A stretch of DNA of 64,000 nt from Podarcis liolepis (taxonomy: Eukaryota): the NCBI GenBank assembly GCA_965112155.1, contig OZ218101.1; one strand, given 5' to 3'. The notes under the pieces are model-generated. The model did no database searches. It saw only the letters and a list, made by a program, of their open reading frames with translations, and was not told where the DNA came from. This document shows, one piece after another, positions 23,194-36,300 of this stretch (its first letter is position 1; each line of letters starts with the position of its first letter). The position numbers and the translations under genes are program-made.

Positions 23194-23618
23194 TGTTGCG
23201 TCAGGCGGACCTTTGGTAAAGGGCTAAGTTGATAGTTCAGGACAATGGTTAGCAGTCTTAAAAGCTGAGGCAGAGAAAAGCAAGTTGTCTCAGCAGTATT
23301 GTGGTCCAAGATGACCGCCCACCCACAGTGCTTCAAGTGGTCAGTGCTTTTTTCTGTGGTCACTTTATCTAGGCAGGGGGCTTTCAGCTACAGGGACATA
23401 TTTGAGTGAAGTTCTTCAGGTGTTTCCTTAGTCCTCTGCAGGGTCTGTGGTCCAGCCATTTGGAATCTGGTGGCAGAGTGTCTTCTTGGGGTTCTGGGGA
23501 CCAGATGCAGGTGCCGATGTCAGCAGATCCACTTGGAAAGGACTGTGAAGTGGCTCCATCTCCTCTTCTGTTGCAGAAGGACTCTCCATCTGCAGATCCC
23601 TGGTTGGGGACCATGACA
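23194..23618 (-). mobile_element. Possible degraded Gypsy-type solo LTR
   Basis: GC-shifted block starting TGTCATGG on the minus strand and ending ...CAACA; no matching TSD found. Confidence 0.35.
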
Positions 23619-24708
23619 ATTTTATTAAGAAAAGCAAGAATAGGAGCTGATAGGTGGAGAGATTTCATAATATCTATTTATGCCCATCATTAAGATCTTT
23701 CAAATGTGGAAATACTGTGTTTGCTTTTATTACACTATATATTAGATTCATTGTTTGACCAATACGGTGAACCTCTATTTATAAAAACATTAAAATTTCA
23801 ATTACTAAAACACATTAGGATGTTCACTTTAGGCATAGAGTCCCTAGAGGCATAGAGAGTTATTCTGTCTAGCATTCACTACATTCATCTCAACATTTGT
23901 TTCCAGCATGCAGTGATTTGCATGTTATAAGTGCACATCTTAACATGGAAATCCAACCCATTTCTCAATGTCATCTTTTCTACCAAGTGCAAATGCAATG
24001 CTTCTCCACCCTTCCCCACCCCAAATACAACTTGTGCCAGCCATTCACACTGCAATTATCCAAGCAGTCAAAAACTCAGTGATCTATTGGCTTTATTCTG
24101 GTTGGGATAAAATGTAAATCTGCATAATAGCTGTCATTTTCAGCTTCAGAACCCTGACTGTAAAATGCAGATTGATTTCTAACCCTCCATCTCTTTAGTA
24201 TGTAACATAATGTGTTTGGCTTGCTTTGGCTTCGACGAAGGAGCTGCTGCTAAAGATATAGCATTGTCTCAGCAAACTGGGCATCCTGTTTCCTTTTTTT
24301 AAAAAGAGAAATGCCTTGTTTGCTTAGCTGTGGAAATGCATTCATCTAGCAAAACTTAACACAATTTGAGGTTCTGAAACAGAACAGCCACATCTTCCCA
24401 CTGCCAGCTTTAGAGGTATGCAGAGTGACAACAACACTTCAATACTCCATGCTTACCCAGAGCTACACTGCTGTAGTGTTGCCACATGCCAGGTAAACAG
24501 AGCTTCTGATCTGCACCCCAGTCACATTCACACAAAGGCTTAAGACCAAAGTGGTTCCTGTAGATAAGGTCATTGGAAGACCGGCAGGACAATCCAAACC
24601 CTGACTAGGAAGCAGCAGGCTGTGATGGATCAGCAGAGCTACTGCGGTATCCACAGCTCCATTGTCCTTGCTGGCTTGGGTGCAGAAGGTGGTAGTGGGG
24701 ACAGGCAA

Positions 24709-25039
24709 AGAACCAGTGTAGTGTAGTGGTTAAGAGCGGTAATCTTGTAATCTGGGGAACCAGGTTCGTGTCTCCGCTCCTCCACATGCAGCTGCTGGGT
24801 GACCTTGGCTAGTCACACTTCTTTGAAGTCTCTCAGCCCCACTCACCTCACAGAGTGTTTGTTGTGGGGGAGGAAGGGAAAGGAGAATGTTAACCACTTT
24901 GAGACTCCTTATAGGGAGTGAAAGGCGGGATATCAAATCCAAACTCCTCCTCCTCCTCCTCCTCCTCCTCCTCCTCCTCCTCCTCCTCCTCCTCCTCTTC
25001 TTCTTCTTCTTCTTCTTCTTCTTCTTCTTCTTCTTCTTC
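24709..25039 (+). mobile_element. Squam3 SINE with an expanded (CCT)n(CTT)n tail
   Basis: Full head and body as at 2161; tail of ~95 bp of trinucleotide repeat (24944-25039). Confidence 0.92.
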
Positions 25040-25759
25040 GTACTATGCCAGCCTGCAATTGATGCAGCAATCAGCCCCTTTCAATCCCCAGCCCCTGGAA
25101 CATGTTTTGGGGTGCTCTGCAGTTTACTGATGATGGGGATCCCCTGCCCCTACATGTTTGTGGGGTGCAACAGGGATCTCTGCAGTGGCAGAGCAATGCT
25201 AGAATCACCCCATGGGCAGAGGCCAGTTGGACTGGACACCCTTGCCAAATCCAAAGGCACAAAGAGAATTTGGATTGCAAGTTTACACAGAACATGCAGT
25301 TTGTACCAGTTTACTTCTGGGTGCAAAAGCAGCGACACACCTGCTTCCCCCCACCTGACCCACCCCAACACATCCAGTTTATCTGCAAAATGCTGAAATA
25401 ACCTGTTTATAAACTGGTTTTTAATTTTGACTTTTACTGACAATTTCAGTGTGTATCTTATATTCTTTGTAAACTGCTTAGAGGTTTTTATTTACAATTA
25501 CGTGGTGTAATAAAGCAATAAAAAAATACATAAACAAGAGAATAATAAACTGTTCTCGCAGGTCAACCTGCGACAGTGTAAAAAATCCTGAAGCTTGTCT
25601 TGCTGCTCTGTCAGCTTCAGGGTAATTTATAATGCTTTACTACTTCATGGACAGGTGAGTAGAGTTAAATATCAGAGGTACTATGTAGGGGTTGAAAGGA
25701 TGGTGAATGAGTTGTTCTGCAGTCCTGCTCCAGTCACTTTGGTGACATATTATCAAGGC

Positions 25760-25931
25760 TGTCCCATAATCTCATTGTTGGAGCATCCTAGGTTCAATCT
25801 CAAGCATCTCCAAGTAGGTATGGGGAAAATTCCTGTCTGAAATCCTGCAGAGCCACTACCAATCAGTATAGACAATGTTGAGTTAGATGGACCAACATTC
25901 TGACTCAATATAAAGCAGCTTCAATGTTCCT
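25760..25931 (+). mobile_element. Degraded Squam2-type SINE
   Basis: GGTTCAATC...GCATCTCC...GAGCCACTACCAATCAGTATAGACAAT...AGATGGACCAA...CTGACTCAATATAAAGCAGCTTC matches the Squam2 layout. Confidence 0.7.
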
Positions 25932-28900
25932 GTAAGCAAATCAGGATCTGGGAAATGGAAGTCAGGAGCAAAAAGCAACCAGTATCAGAGGTCAAACCAG
26001 AAGGCAGAAATGGAGAACAAGCTATAAGAGTCAAGACTGAGAAAGAAACTTAGGACATGTCCGATAGCACCACCAATAAGCAAGCCCAGAAGCACAAGAC
26101 ATACTAGTGTTTATTGCTCAAAGAAATGCCAGTGGGCATCTTAGGCGACTGTAGCCAGGCTAGGTAGGTTTCCTAAAAGACTGTGGTTATGTGGCTTACC
26201 ACAAGGTAACAGTTAACAGTTCCTGGCCCAATGATACATGTTGCTATGCCTCCACATTATCGTGGGCTCAAAACACAATCCCATAACAATGTTAAAAACG
26301 TACCTGTGCACTCAAGCCTTTTATTGTGGTTTATTGTGGTTAAATGTCAGATACTCACAAATGACGTCCTTGGGTTATTAGTTACATTTTTTGTTATATT
26401 ACTGTGATTTTGCTGTTTCATCATTTTAATTTGTTTACCCCCTTGAGATTGATTGCTGTATAAATACTTCTATAAAATAAATGATAATTGGGAAGCATTA
26501 TCTGCTGCACTGCCAAGGAAATTCTTGCACCCTGTTTTTCAGTCTAATCTGATGCATAGAGGCTTATTGGATGCAATTTGATTGCCTTGTCACTAAACGT
26601 ATAAAGACAACAGGTAGCCATTAACATCGTTTGGGGGAATGGATCTAATTGTCAGCAGAAAATAAAATAGAGAGCGGGATATTTTAATTAAATCTATTAT
26701 GAAATGTCTTATCTCTGAAACATTTATATAAATTTGTTTTATGTTTAGACAGGCTTAGACACATTATCCTCCAGAGGTTACAGTGAATCCTGTATTCTAT
26801 GTTGATGCACATTAAAAAGACTTAATGTGTCACACAATCAATTCTTTATTTGTAATGCCAATACCAAATACAGGGGATTAGGCCTAGACATGATTTCCTT
26901 GAAACAGTGGATCATCCAAATTGGATTTTATATAAACTGTAGAAAACAAGATAAAAGACAATGAAATGGCTGCTAATGCCCCATGTAATATTGACACTGG
27001 TGAACCATTCTGTATCCTTCACGTATTATTGTGTTGTTCACAGAGATAAAGTAGTTCAATCTGAGTATAATGCTCACATCATCTGGAAAATAATGTTAAC
27101 GACAAAATAGATACTTCCAAGGAGATAGGGAGATACAGACAGCTGTTGTCAGACTCAGGCTGGGTTTTGTGTTGGTGTGTATAAATTTAGGGCTGGAGGC
27201 TGTAGAGAAGAAAAGGGAGCTGTAACTATTGCATTCCAAGATGTAACTTTCTGTTGACAAAATAATGGCAGAAGGTCAATCTCTGGTCTAGCTGACTCAG
27301 TTTTTTCAATCACAATGGCCAGCATTGCTCACTCTATTCCCCTTTTCACCAGAAGAAGCTCTGGGGCTTGACCACACACTATCTCAAGTAGATCAGCAAA
27401 CTAGGTTCCAACCTAAGACCATGATGCTCTCAGGTAAATCTATGGACTCAGACAGTAGTTGTCTACAAGACCTTCAGTGAACGTGGACACTTGAAAAAGC
27501 AGGGCCAGTCCTATCATTAGGCAGAGTGAGGCAGATTAGTCAATTGGTGGATGTTGGGGAGTCTGGAACAGGAGTGAGATGGTGGACGACAGTATTTCTT
27601 GTGCCATGAGGCTGATTCTGTGCTACCCTGCTGCCCTCAGGAGTGATGGGGCATCCTGCTTAAACAAACCTGTAAGCACCTCTTGTGGTACTTTAGGACA
27701 TGACAAGCTTGTCATTTTACTTTCTTACAGGTTTATGCCCTCATTCACCCTCAGGAAGGGGTGAACTTGCAACGTCTGTTTTCTCTTTCAGGTAAGATAA
27801 TGCAAACCTTCCATCCTTTGGAGTCGTAACAATAAAAATGATGCTTCCCATCACTAAGAAAATAACAACAACAACAACCTGTAAGAAAGGTCTGCTATAT
27901 AAAGATCTGGTGGAAAAACAGATTTGCTTCTAACAATATTGTACCCCACAATTTGCACAATTTGCTTCAGTCATTTTCTTACGTTTGTTTAGTTGACTAC
28001 ATGCTTTATGATAATATTTGCACGGAGTGGATATGTTCACTGTAATTATTTGAGAGACTTTTATATGTATTTATATAACCTGCTTCTAAAAGCCTAATGA
28101 GAAGCATGTTTACACAGTCCAGATTCTAGAAGAATATTCAGGTTATACAAATGCTACTGCCTGCTTGCTTATAGAAAGCAGACAACACAATGAAATTCAA
28201 CTTAAAAGTAGTCCCCAAGTTTCAAAACTCTAATATTATGTATTAAAAATGATTGTTTCATTTTTCAGGTTTTCATTTTGCAGGATTCTTAGATATTTTA
28301 GTTCTAATACTTTGCAGGGAACATATAAAAAGTACCTGGTGCTTTTAAAATTCAAAGAGTGATAGGCAGATAGCCTGGAAAGATTACATATAACATATTC
28401 TGAGATTGAAAGTGTTTCAGACTCCATTTTCTTTTTTATAGTTGTCTACTCTGGCATCAATCCTGATAAATTGACTTTAAATGTATCAGATGAATCCATG
28501 CAAATGTAAATGTGAAGTCAAAATTAGATTTTTGTTATGCAGAGGTGTCCTGTTTGAGCCTGAATAATATTACTGTAGGATCTGTCTGCAGCTCTAGCAT
28601 TTGGGCTGTGATCCTATGCACAGTTATATGGGAGTAAGCTCCACTGAACACATTTCTGAATGAACATACATAGGATTGCATGGTAAGTGTTTTATGAGCA
28701 CAATCTCATCTGCGGATCCTACGAAATTTAGTGGAGCTAAACCCCAAGTATAGAATCATAGAACTGTAGCACTGGAAGGGACCCTGAGGGTCATCTAGTC
28801 CAAATCTAGTAATTTAAAGTTTAGGTTAGGATTTTCAAGTAGTCTTTTTCAACATCCTGCTGTTATTTGATAACATTCTGCAAAACCACAGGATATGCCA

Positions 28901-29993
28901 AAATGTTTCCTGGACTCAATGGCCCTTGTGGTCTATTCCAACTCTATGATTCTATTCTATGAAAAGAAAAATGCCTTACACAACGAATAATCACTAGTGT
29001 GTGTTACAGGGCTAGGAGTGTGATCAAGCTAATATGGTCTTATAAAGTGCTTGGTGAACTTGTCAATAAAAATCCTGGTTCAGTTTTGTACTAAATTTTT
29101 GAGGTGTTCACCAGCCAGAAGTCCATCTGAGTTTGCTTTGTCCTCCTGGCCTCAAAATAATGGCTATAGCTTCCTCATCCCTTTAAACAGAAGTGGCTAA
29201 AATTTGCAGGCATGCCATCACTTACCTGGGACTAACCCCCACAGGCCTCAGGAGGACTTCCCTTTGACTAGAAGTATATAGGGCTGTGCAGCCAGAGTTT
29301 TCTTTCTCCTTTTATGAGCAACATTTGAGAAACTTGCTAACCTAAGGTACTGTAGACAGGCGCATACATAAAAAGGGAATTAATTTCAAAGTATAAGTAA
29401 GTATCATGTATGGTTCAGAGTGAAGCGGGTGACCCTCAGGGCCCTCTAAGACTTCTCAAAACACAAGGCCTGGTGAAAACAAAGAACTCCATGTTTAAGA
29501 TTCCATTAAGCTTTCACCTTGAAAGCTGAAATTCTCTTTTATCAAGAAATATACCATTCTGTTCTTTATACTCCCTTCTAACCCCATTGTGTGCTTAATT
29601 ATAGCAAATTAACATTCCGGTTTCTTTGTGTGCAAGAAACAGACAGTAATACATCGCAGACAATAGAAATATTCTCTCTCCCATTTCTGAAGCGTCTTCT
29701 TTTCTTATTCCAATCTTTCCTCCCTGCAGCCTTTTAATACTACAGGGCATCCTACATTGCATGTGGGATGCTATTATCAAGGTCAAAAGATAGCTGAAGG
29801 AATTTATCACAATGCTGCAGAGGGGATGTGAATCCTGGCAAGACTTTCCTATTTTCTTGCTCTATTGTTAAAATGCAATTTGCATGCTGGCAACATAACT
29901 CAGAGAAAATGATACTTAACTCATATTCTATGGTAAAAAAAAATCTCTGGAGATGAAAGAAAAAGAAGTAAAGGGAGCTAAATAGACACAAAG

Positions 29994-30080
29994 GCTGCAA
30001 TCCTATACACATTTACCCTGGAGCAAGTTCCACTGAACTCAGTGGGACTGACTTCTGAGTAGACAAGTGTGGGACTGCAC
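29994..30080. repeat. ~85-bp palindromic interspersed repeat (best copy)
   Basis: GCTGCAATCCTATACAC...CCACTGAACTCAGTGGGAC...GTGTGGGACTGCA; relatives at ~28604-28682, 29215-29290, 37520-37590, 51365-51440, 51805-51870 and 61180-61240. Confidence 0.65.
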
Positions 30081-31194
30081 ACTCTCAAGCAGAAGGGCAA
30101 GGTGAAAAGGACATCTATTAACTCAAAGCATTGTTTTAAATGATTATTCAAGTAAAAACTCAGGGCTGTGTTTATTTAAGCATGTGACAAACAGAGAAGA
30201 TGACGGATGGTGGATAACCAAACTCTGGAGTAGCTGCAAACCAATTATTTGTATTGTAAATGTCAGAATAATTAAAATATCAATTAATGCTTTTCTAGTT
30301 GAGACAGTCCATCTGTAGTTCATCCATTACATAAGGCACATGTAGTGTCTGTGCTTTGTGTGTAACACAAAGATTTATGTGCACTTTGGAGGAATTATTT
30401 GGGACATGTACGCTCAGAAAAAAAGCCAAAATGTTACCAAGGTAACCCAAATTCTGCAGTACAAAAGAAGGATGAGACTTCTATTTATATGTATTTAGAA
30501 TGTGGGTGTAAAGCAGTTTCACAAAATTGATTCTGCATATTCATGACTTCCCCCTCAACTATATGCACACATACAGAGAGAGACATCAGGCTGTGGTGAC
30601 TGGTAAACGCAAACTGTTACCCACTATGATTGGAAAAAGAAACTTTGGTCTGCAAGAACTCTAAAGAAAATACAATTATAGTTTGACCCCAGCAATCTTC
30701 TGCTATCTAGAACTCCCAAAGTGTGGGGTTCCTGTGTATCATATCAAAATTCAAATAATGTTATCTTCTTCACAGGTGTTGAATAGACTCATCAATTCTG
30801 TCTTATTAGTCATATAGATATTTACTATGTACTTACACATAAATTGATTTATGTATTCTATAGTATACGTATAGTACAGTATACGTATACGTTGCGTAAC
30901 AGAGATTTCTTTCTGCTTCACTTTGCTTGCCAAATGGTGGCACATTAGATTTGTCATCCAAGAGCACCATGAATTCCTTTGTGAATCTCATTCCTGCTTG
31001 GAAACCTGGCGATGGATCGCTAAACCTTGGCTAATGTTGTAGAATTGCAGCCTTAAACGCATATGCCAGCTTTTCCCATCCAGGTGCCCTTAAGACGTTT
31101 TTGGATTGTAACTCCAAACCAGCAAGACCAATGGTCAGGGATGATGGGAGTTGTAGTCCAACAGCTTCTGGAAGACCACAGCCTCCCCACCCAT

Positions 31195-32006
31195 TTGTTG
31201 TTGTTTAGTTGTTTAGTCATGTCCGACTCTTCGTCACCTCATGGACCAGAGCATGCCAGGCACTCCTGTCTTCCACTGCCCCCGCAATTTGGTCAAACTC
31301 ATGTTAGTAGCTTCAAGAACACTGTCCAACCATCTTGTCCTCTGTTGTCCCCTTCTCCTTGTGCCCTCAATCTTTCCCAGCATCAGGGTCTTTTCCAGGG
31401 AGTCTTCTCTTCTCATGAGGTGGCCAAAGTACTAGAGCCTCAGCTTCAGGATCTGTACTTCTAGTGAGCTCTCAGGGCTGATTTCCTTAAGAATGGATAG
31501 GTTTGATCTTCCTGCAGTCCATGGGACTCTCAGGGGTCTCCTCCAGCACCATAATTCAAAAGCATCAATTCTTCAGCGATCAGCCTTCTTTATGGTCCAG
31601 CTCTCACTTCCATACATCACTACTGGGAAAACCATAGCTTTAACTATACAGACCTTTTCTGGGAAAGTGATGTCTCTGCTTTTTAAGATGTTGTCTAGGT
31701 TTGTCATTCCTTTTCCCCCAAGAAGCAGGCATCTTTTAATTTTGTGACTGCTGTCACCATCTGCAGTGGTCATGGAGCTCAAGAAAGTAAAATCTCTCAC
31801 TGCCTCCATTTCTTCCCCTTCTATTTGCCAGGAGGTGATGGGACCAGTGGCAATGATCTTAGGTTTTTTTTGATGTTGAGCTTCAGACCATATTTTGTGC
31901 TCTCTTCTTTCACCCTCATTAAAAGGTTCTTTAATTCCTCCTCACTTTCTGCCATCAGAGTTGTGTCATCTGCATATCTGAGGTTGTTGATATTTCTTCC
32001 GGCAAT
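31195..32006 (-). mobile_element. 5'-truncated Bov-B LINE
   Basis: RT motif NNLRYADDTTLMAESEEELK, Bov-B C-terminus, 3' UTR and (CAA)n tail; TSD-like TCCCCACC(C)AT at 31184-31194 and 32008-32017. Confidence 0.95.
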
Positions 32007-33012
32007 ATCCCCACCATCATAGTCTACATTTTTCCATAGCCGTGAAAAAAAAATCTTACCTCATGTAAAGCAGACTTTACCTAACAGAGCCGGTCTTCTT
32101 GCGGAATACTGTTGTATGCTCCCCTCTCCTCTGTCACCCCTGTAGGTCCATCTACCTGCTCCAGAGTCAGGAGGCATTGTGGGATTGTGCCTCCTGCCCT
32201 TGGCTGGATCCGATGAGGGGGCAATTGTCTCAGGGCTTTCCTGATTGGTGAGATCCCTAGATGGGCCTTCACACTTGGCAGGGAAGTCAGATTGCAGCCT
32301 GCCCACAAATTAGCCAATATGCTGGCTTCAATGGGCACTGTAAAGGGATAATGGTCATGACATATGCTTACCCCTTTCTTCCTGCACAGTTATTCCAACA
32401 AATCCTCCTCCTCCCCAAGGCTGTATGACATGGGAGGGACACTTCCATATTGTCTCTTACAGGGAACTGTCCATGAGAGCAGCAAGGGAAGAAACCCCAC
32501 CTTTGGGCAGTTTTTGCCCTAGCAAAAGCAGACAGAATCTCTCCAAGGTTAAGCACTTCCAAGCCTGACTGATATTAACAAGAAAAAACTGAGCATTTGT
32601 TCAACTCTCCCATAGAAACCAGTATGAGGTTAAATGTTCTTTTGTTATTGGATTGTGCCTGTTATTTTCAAAGCTTAAGCATAAATACAAGGGAACAGCA
32701 TCTGCATAAAGAGTTTGAATGCTGGTTCGAAAAGAGAAATCCAAAGATGAAAATGCACTACTTCTGTACATTTAACTGGGGTGACTCATGCTCACTCAAG
32801 ATAATGGCCTGAGATAGGAAAATAACCCCATTTTTTGCTCATGCATTACCCTTTTGATAATATGAACATTATTGTTAGTTCATGGATAATAGAGATATCT
32901 ACTTGCCTTGCCCTCTTGTTGGGGAAATTTCAATGAAGAAACCACAGGATAAAAATGAAAAAGCAATAGCCGATGGTAATAGCATCCCATTTTACTAAAG
33001 CAGAAAAGTTAC

Positions 33013-33047
<35 letters not shown>

Positions 33048-36000
33048 GCTGCCATAATCTCCTTCCTTCACCTCAAACCAAATGACTTTTTTAAGCCTTA
33101 CATTTCTTCAAGGGAACTGATTGCCTCAATGTGTCTTCTGAACAAATGATTATGATCAGAGTCCCATGTAATTCAGAAGCTGCTTCCAAAGCTTAATCTA
33201 ATAACTTCTGATTAAGTACTTCCTGCCGGTAAGCCTACTTCTGAAGTAATGTGGCCCTCATTTCGTCGGACAATTAAACACATGCCACACCAACATTGTG
33301 GCACTGGGGCAAGTGTGATTCCATCACATTCAAAATGATTTGTGATTTTTTTTTGTACCTTGCCATGTGCCAGAGGAAACAATGACTAGCATAAGGCAGG
33401 GAAGACCAAAATGTTTGCTCTGAACCAATTCTTACTCATTGAGGTAGTTGATTCTAAGACATAATCCATGTTTCACCAACACTTTCACTTGTGAGGAGAT
33501 GAACAAAGGTTTTCATAGCTTAATAAACCTTTAATATAACATCTCTTTTCTAATGTTGTATGTGAAGGATGGGGAACTTGTCACCCTCCAGTTGTTGTCC
33601 CATGATCACTGGCCATTAGTCATGCTGGCAAGGGCTGATGGGAGTTGTAGTCCAAATGTCTCTAAAGAGTGCTTGGTTGTGGAAGAATGGTATATGCTTT
33701 TAAGGCTGCAATTCTACATCACTAGCCAAGAGGGTTAAGCAATCCATCGGTAGGTTTATAGGCAGAAAAGCTCATGGTGCTGTTGGGTGACAAATCCAAT
33801 GTGTCATCCTTTGGCAAGCAAAGTGAAACAGAAACAAATCTTTATCATGAAACATTAGTATACTATAGATTGTATAAAACAATTTATGTGTAGCCTAAGT
33901 ACATAGTAAATATCTTTATGATTAATAACAAAGAGTCTATGAAACTACTTAACAGCTGTGAAGATAAAACTATTGAATTTTGATGTGATGCTATCAAGAT
34001 ATAGCTGGAGAATTAGGACATGCTATATGGAAAAGTGAAGGAAAGTCAAGGCAGTAAATTTTTCAGCTTGGCTAAATCTCACAAGAAGATTCCCAGACTT
34101 ATAGAACCTTCCCAGTGATGTGCTATGCACACGTCAGCAACAGCATTGCAAGTCTTTGGGAGCCACATTTAGAATCATAGAACTGTAAAGATAGAATGGA
34201 CTGTGAGGGTCATAATTTCAGTGGGATGCAACAACAGGTAAATATGCTTAATATAAACAATCACGGGGATTGACACAAAGTCCTCAAAGCTGCATGCTTG
34301 TGAGTACAACAGCGTGTGAGGATTTCTCCTTTTCCCTTGAGCAAGCAGATGATCAATGCAGGAGGGAAGGGTTTTGTTTTGTTTTTTAAAAAGTCACATC
34401 TTCCTACATAAGTAGAAAGCAGAAAGGTTTCATGAGTATGCAGGGATTGAAGCAGTCAGCTGCTGTACTCACAGATCCTGGATCAGGGTGCCATCTGCCC
34501 ATAGAAGCTGTTCTGGAGAATGCTGGCTATTTCCCCAACCCCATTTCTCAGCAGTCTCTTGTTCGTAATATGAAGGTGTTCCCTGCTTCCAAGCCTGCTT
34601 CCACACATTGATTGGCCATGGATGGATCAGGGCCAGCATGCATTTTAAATCTTTCACATCCATTCCAAAAATTGTAGTATAGCATCAATCTGGCTGTGAA
34701 TAAAATGCCAATAGTCATGATATCGAAAGAGGCAAATCTCATTCCAGTTCCTCTTAAGAGCAATCTGCTGGAAGGGATGATGCATAAAAAGGAACAGGAG
34801 GGATAGGGTTGACTTATGGCTAAACCACAAAGTAGGTTTATGTATTTGTTAAAATATGGGAACAGGCTGCAGTTCTGTAACTCAGGTTTTGCCAACATTG
34901 TTCTTCGCAGATTATGGCGGATCGAACTCCCATGAATCCCAGCCAGCATGACCAAGGGATGATGGAAGTTGCAGTCCAACATCATCTGGTGGGCACCACA
35001 TTGTCTCCCTCTGTAAGACAATGTAAGAATGTAAAGTTAGCAGAAAATAAGCTCTGGATCTAAAGTAAATTATGAATGGTCATATCCATTTAAATGGAAA
35101 AGGTTCAAAAATGAAACTGAAATACTGTATGGTTGGCAACTCATCCAATCATATTCATAATTTCCTAAACCTGTTTATGTCTTGGCAGTATGATCTCAGC
35201 CAAACAAAAACAAAAAACAATCGACATCAATGGTACTGTGTCTAGAGTTATCAGATATCTATTCAGTTGTGTATAATAAAATGTAGAGTTCTTTCCAAGT
35301 TATCTCCATATTAGGTTTGGCAGTATTACAAATCAAGGTAATATAGCATTGGCATCAATCAGATGAATTATGTCTTTCTTTATAGAAATGTGCAGGTGAT
35401 TTATAAGCGGACAAGACCATTTTAGATCACTCAAATATCAAAGTCAACCCCCGATGTTATTAAAATGTTGGATTTGTCTTTGATCATTTTATAGGTTTCC
35501 TCTGATACATGATCACTAAAACTTTCAAGTCTGCTTTGTTGAAGGCATTCTTTATATATTGGTGATGATTTCCTTATCAATTGTCACCAATAAACAAATT
35601 GTGTAAACAGTATACTATAAAAAGTATAGTGGTCTAGCAATGTCCCCATTTATGCAATGAAAAGATTGCTCACAGGGTTTTGCCTCAATACTCCCTGAAT
35701 GACTGGCTTGAATGGGAAAAGTTCAGGGCAGCCAGTGAAGAGGGGCAATTCCATGCACCTGCCCTCCTGACAGTGGATTCACTACCTCTTACGGGAGAGG
35801 AGTTGGGGCCAAGGCAATGGGAATAATAATATTGTGTGGATGCACCAACAGAGCCAATCCACTGTCAGAACACCTGGTGCTTGACTTTGCCCCTCCTGGC
35901 CAGTTGCTATGGCTTCAAGGAAAGAAGGAGCTGAATTGAGCTTGGCTCTCGGCTGTGATGTCAGAGAGGACCCTACACTTCCCTCTCCTCCACTCTCCAC

Positions 36001-36053
36001 TCAGCAGATATGTAGAATGGTTGTGAATATAGGAAAACTGCAGGAAGGGAGGA

Positions 36054-36300
36054 GAAGAAGAAGAAGAAGAGTTTGGATTTGATATTCCGTCTTTCACTCC
36101 CTTTAAGGAGTCTCAAAGCGGCTAACATTCTCCTTTCCCTTCCTCCCCCACAACAAACACTCTGTGAGGTGAGTGGGGCTGAGAGACTTCAAAGAAGTGT
36201 GACTGGCCCAAGGTCACCCAGCAGCTTCATGTGGAGGAGCGGAGACGCAAACCCGGTTCCCCAGATTACGAGACTACCGCTCTTAACCACTACACCACAC
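36054..36300 (-). mobile_element. Squam3 SINE
   Basis: Reverse complement of the 24709 copy with a (CTT)n tail; CpGs largely retained. Confidence 0.92.

Noticed and set aside
24887-25396. 169-aa ORF with poly-Leu/Phe
   Set aside because: Translation of the SINE microsatellite tail.
32064-32360. TG...CA-bounded block resembling an LTR
   Set aside because: No TSD and no second copy; support too weak.
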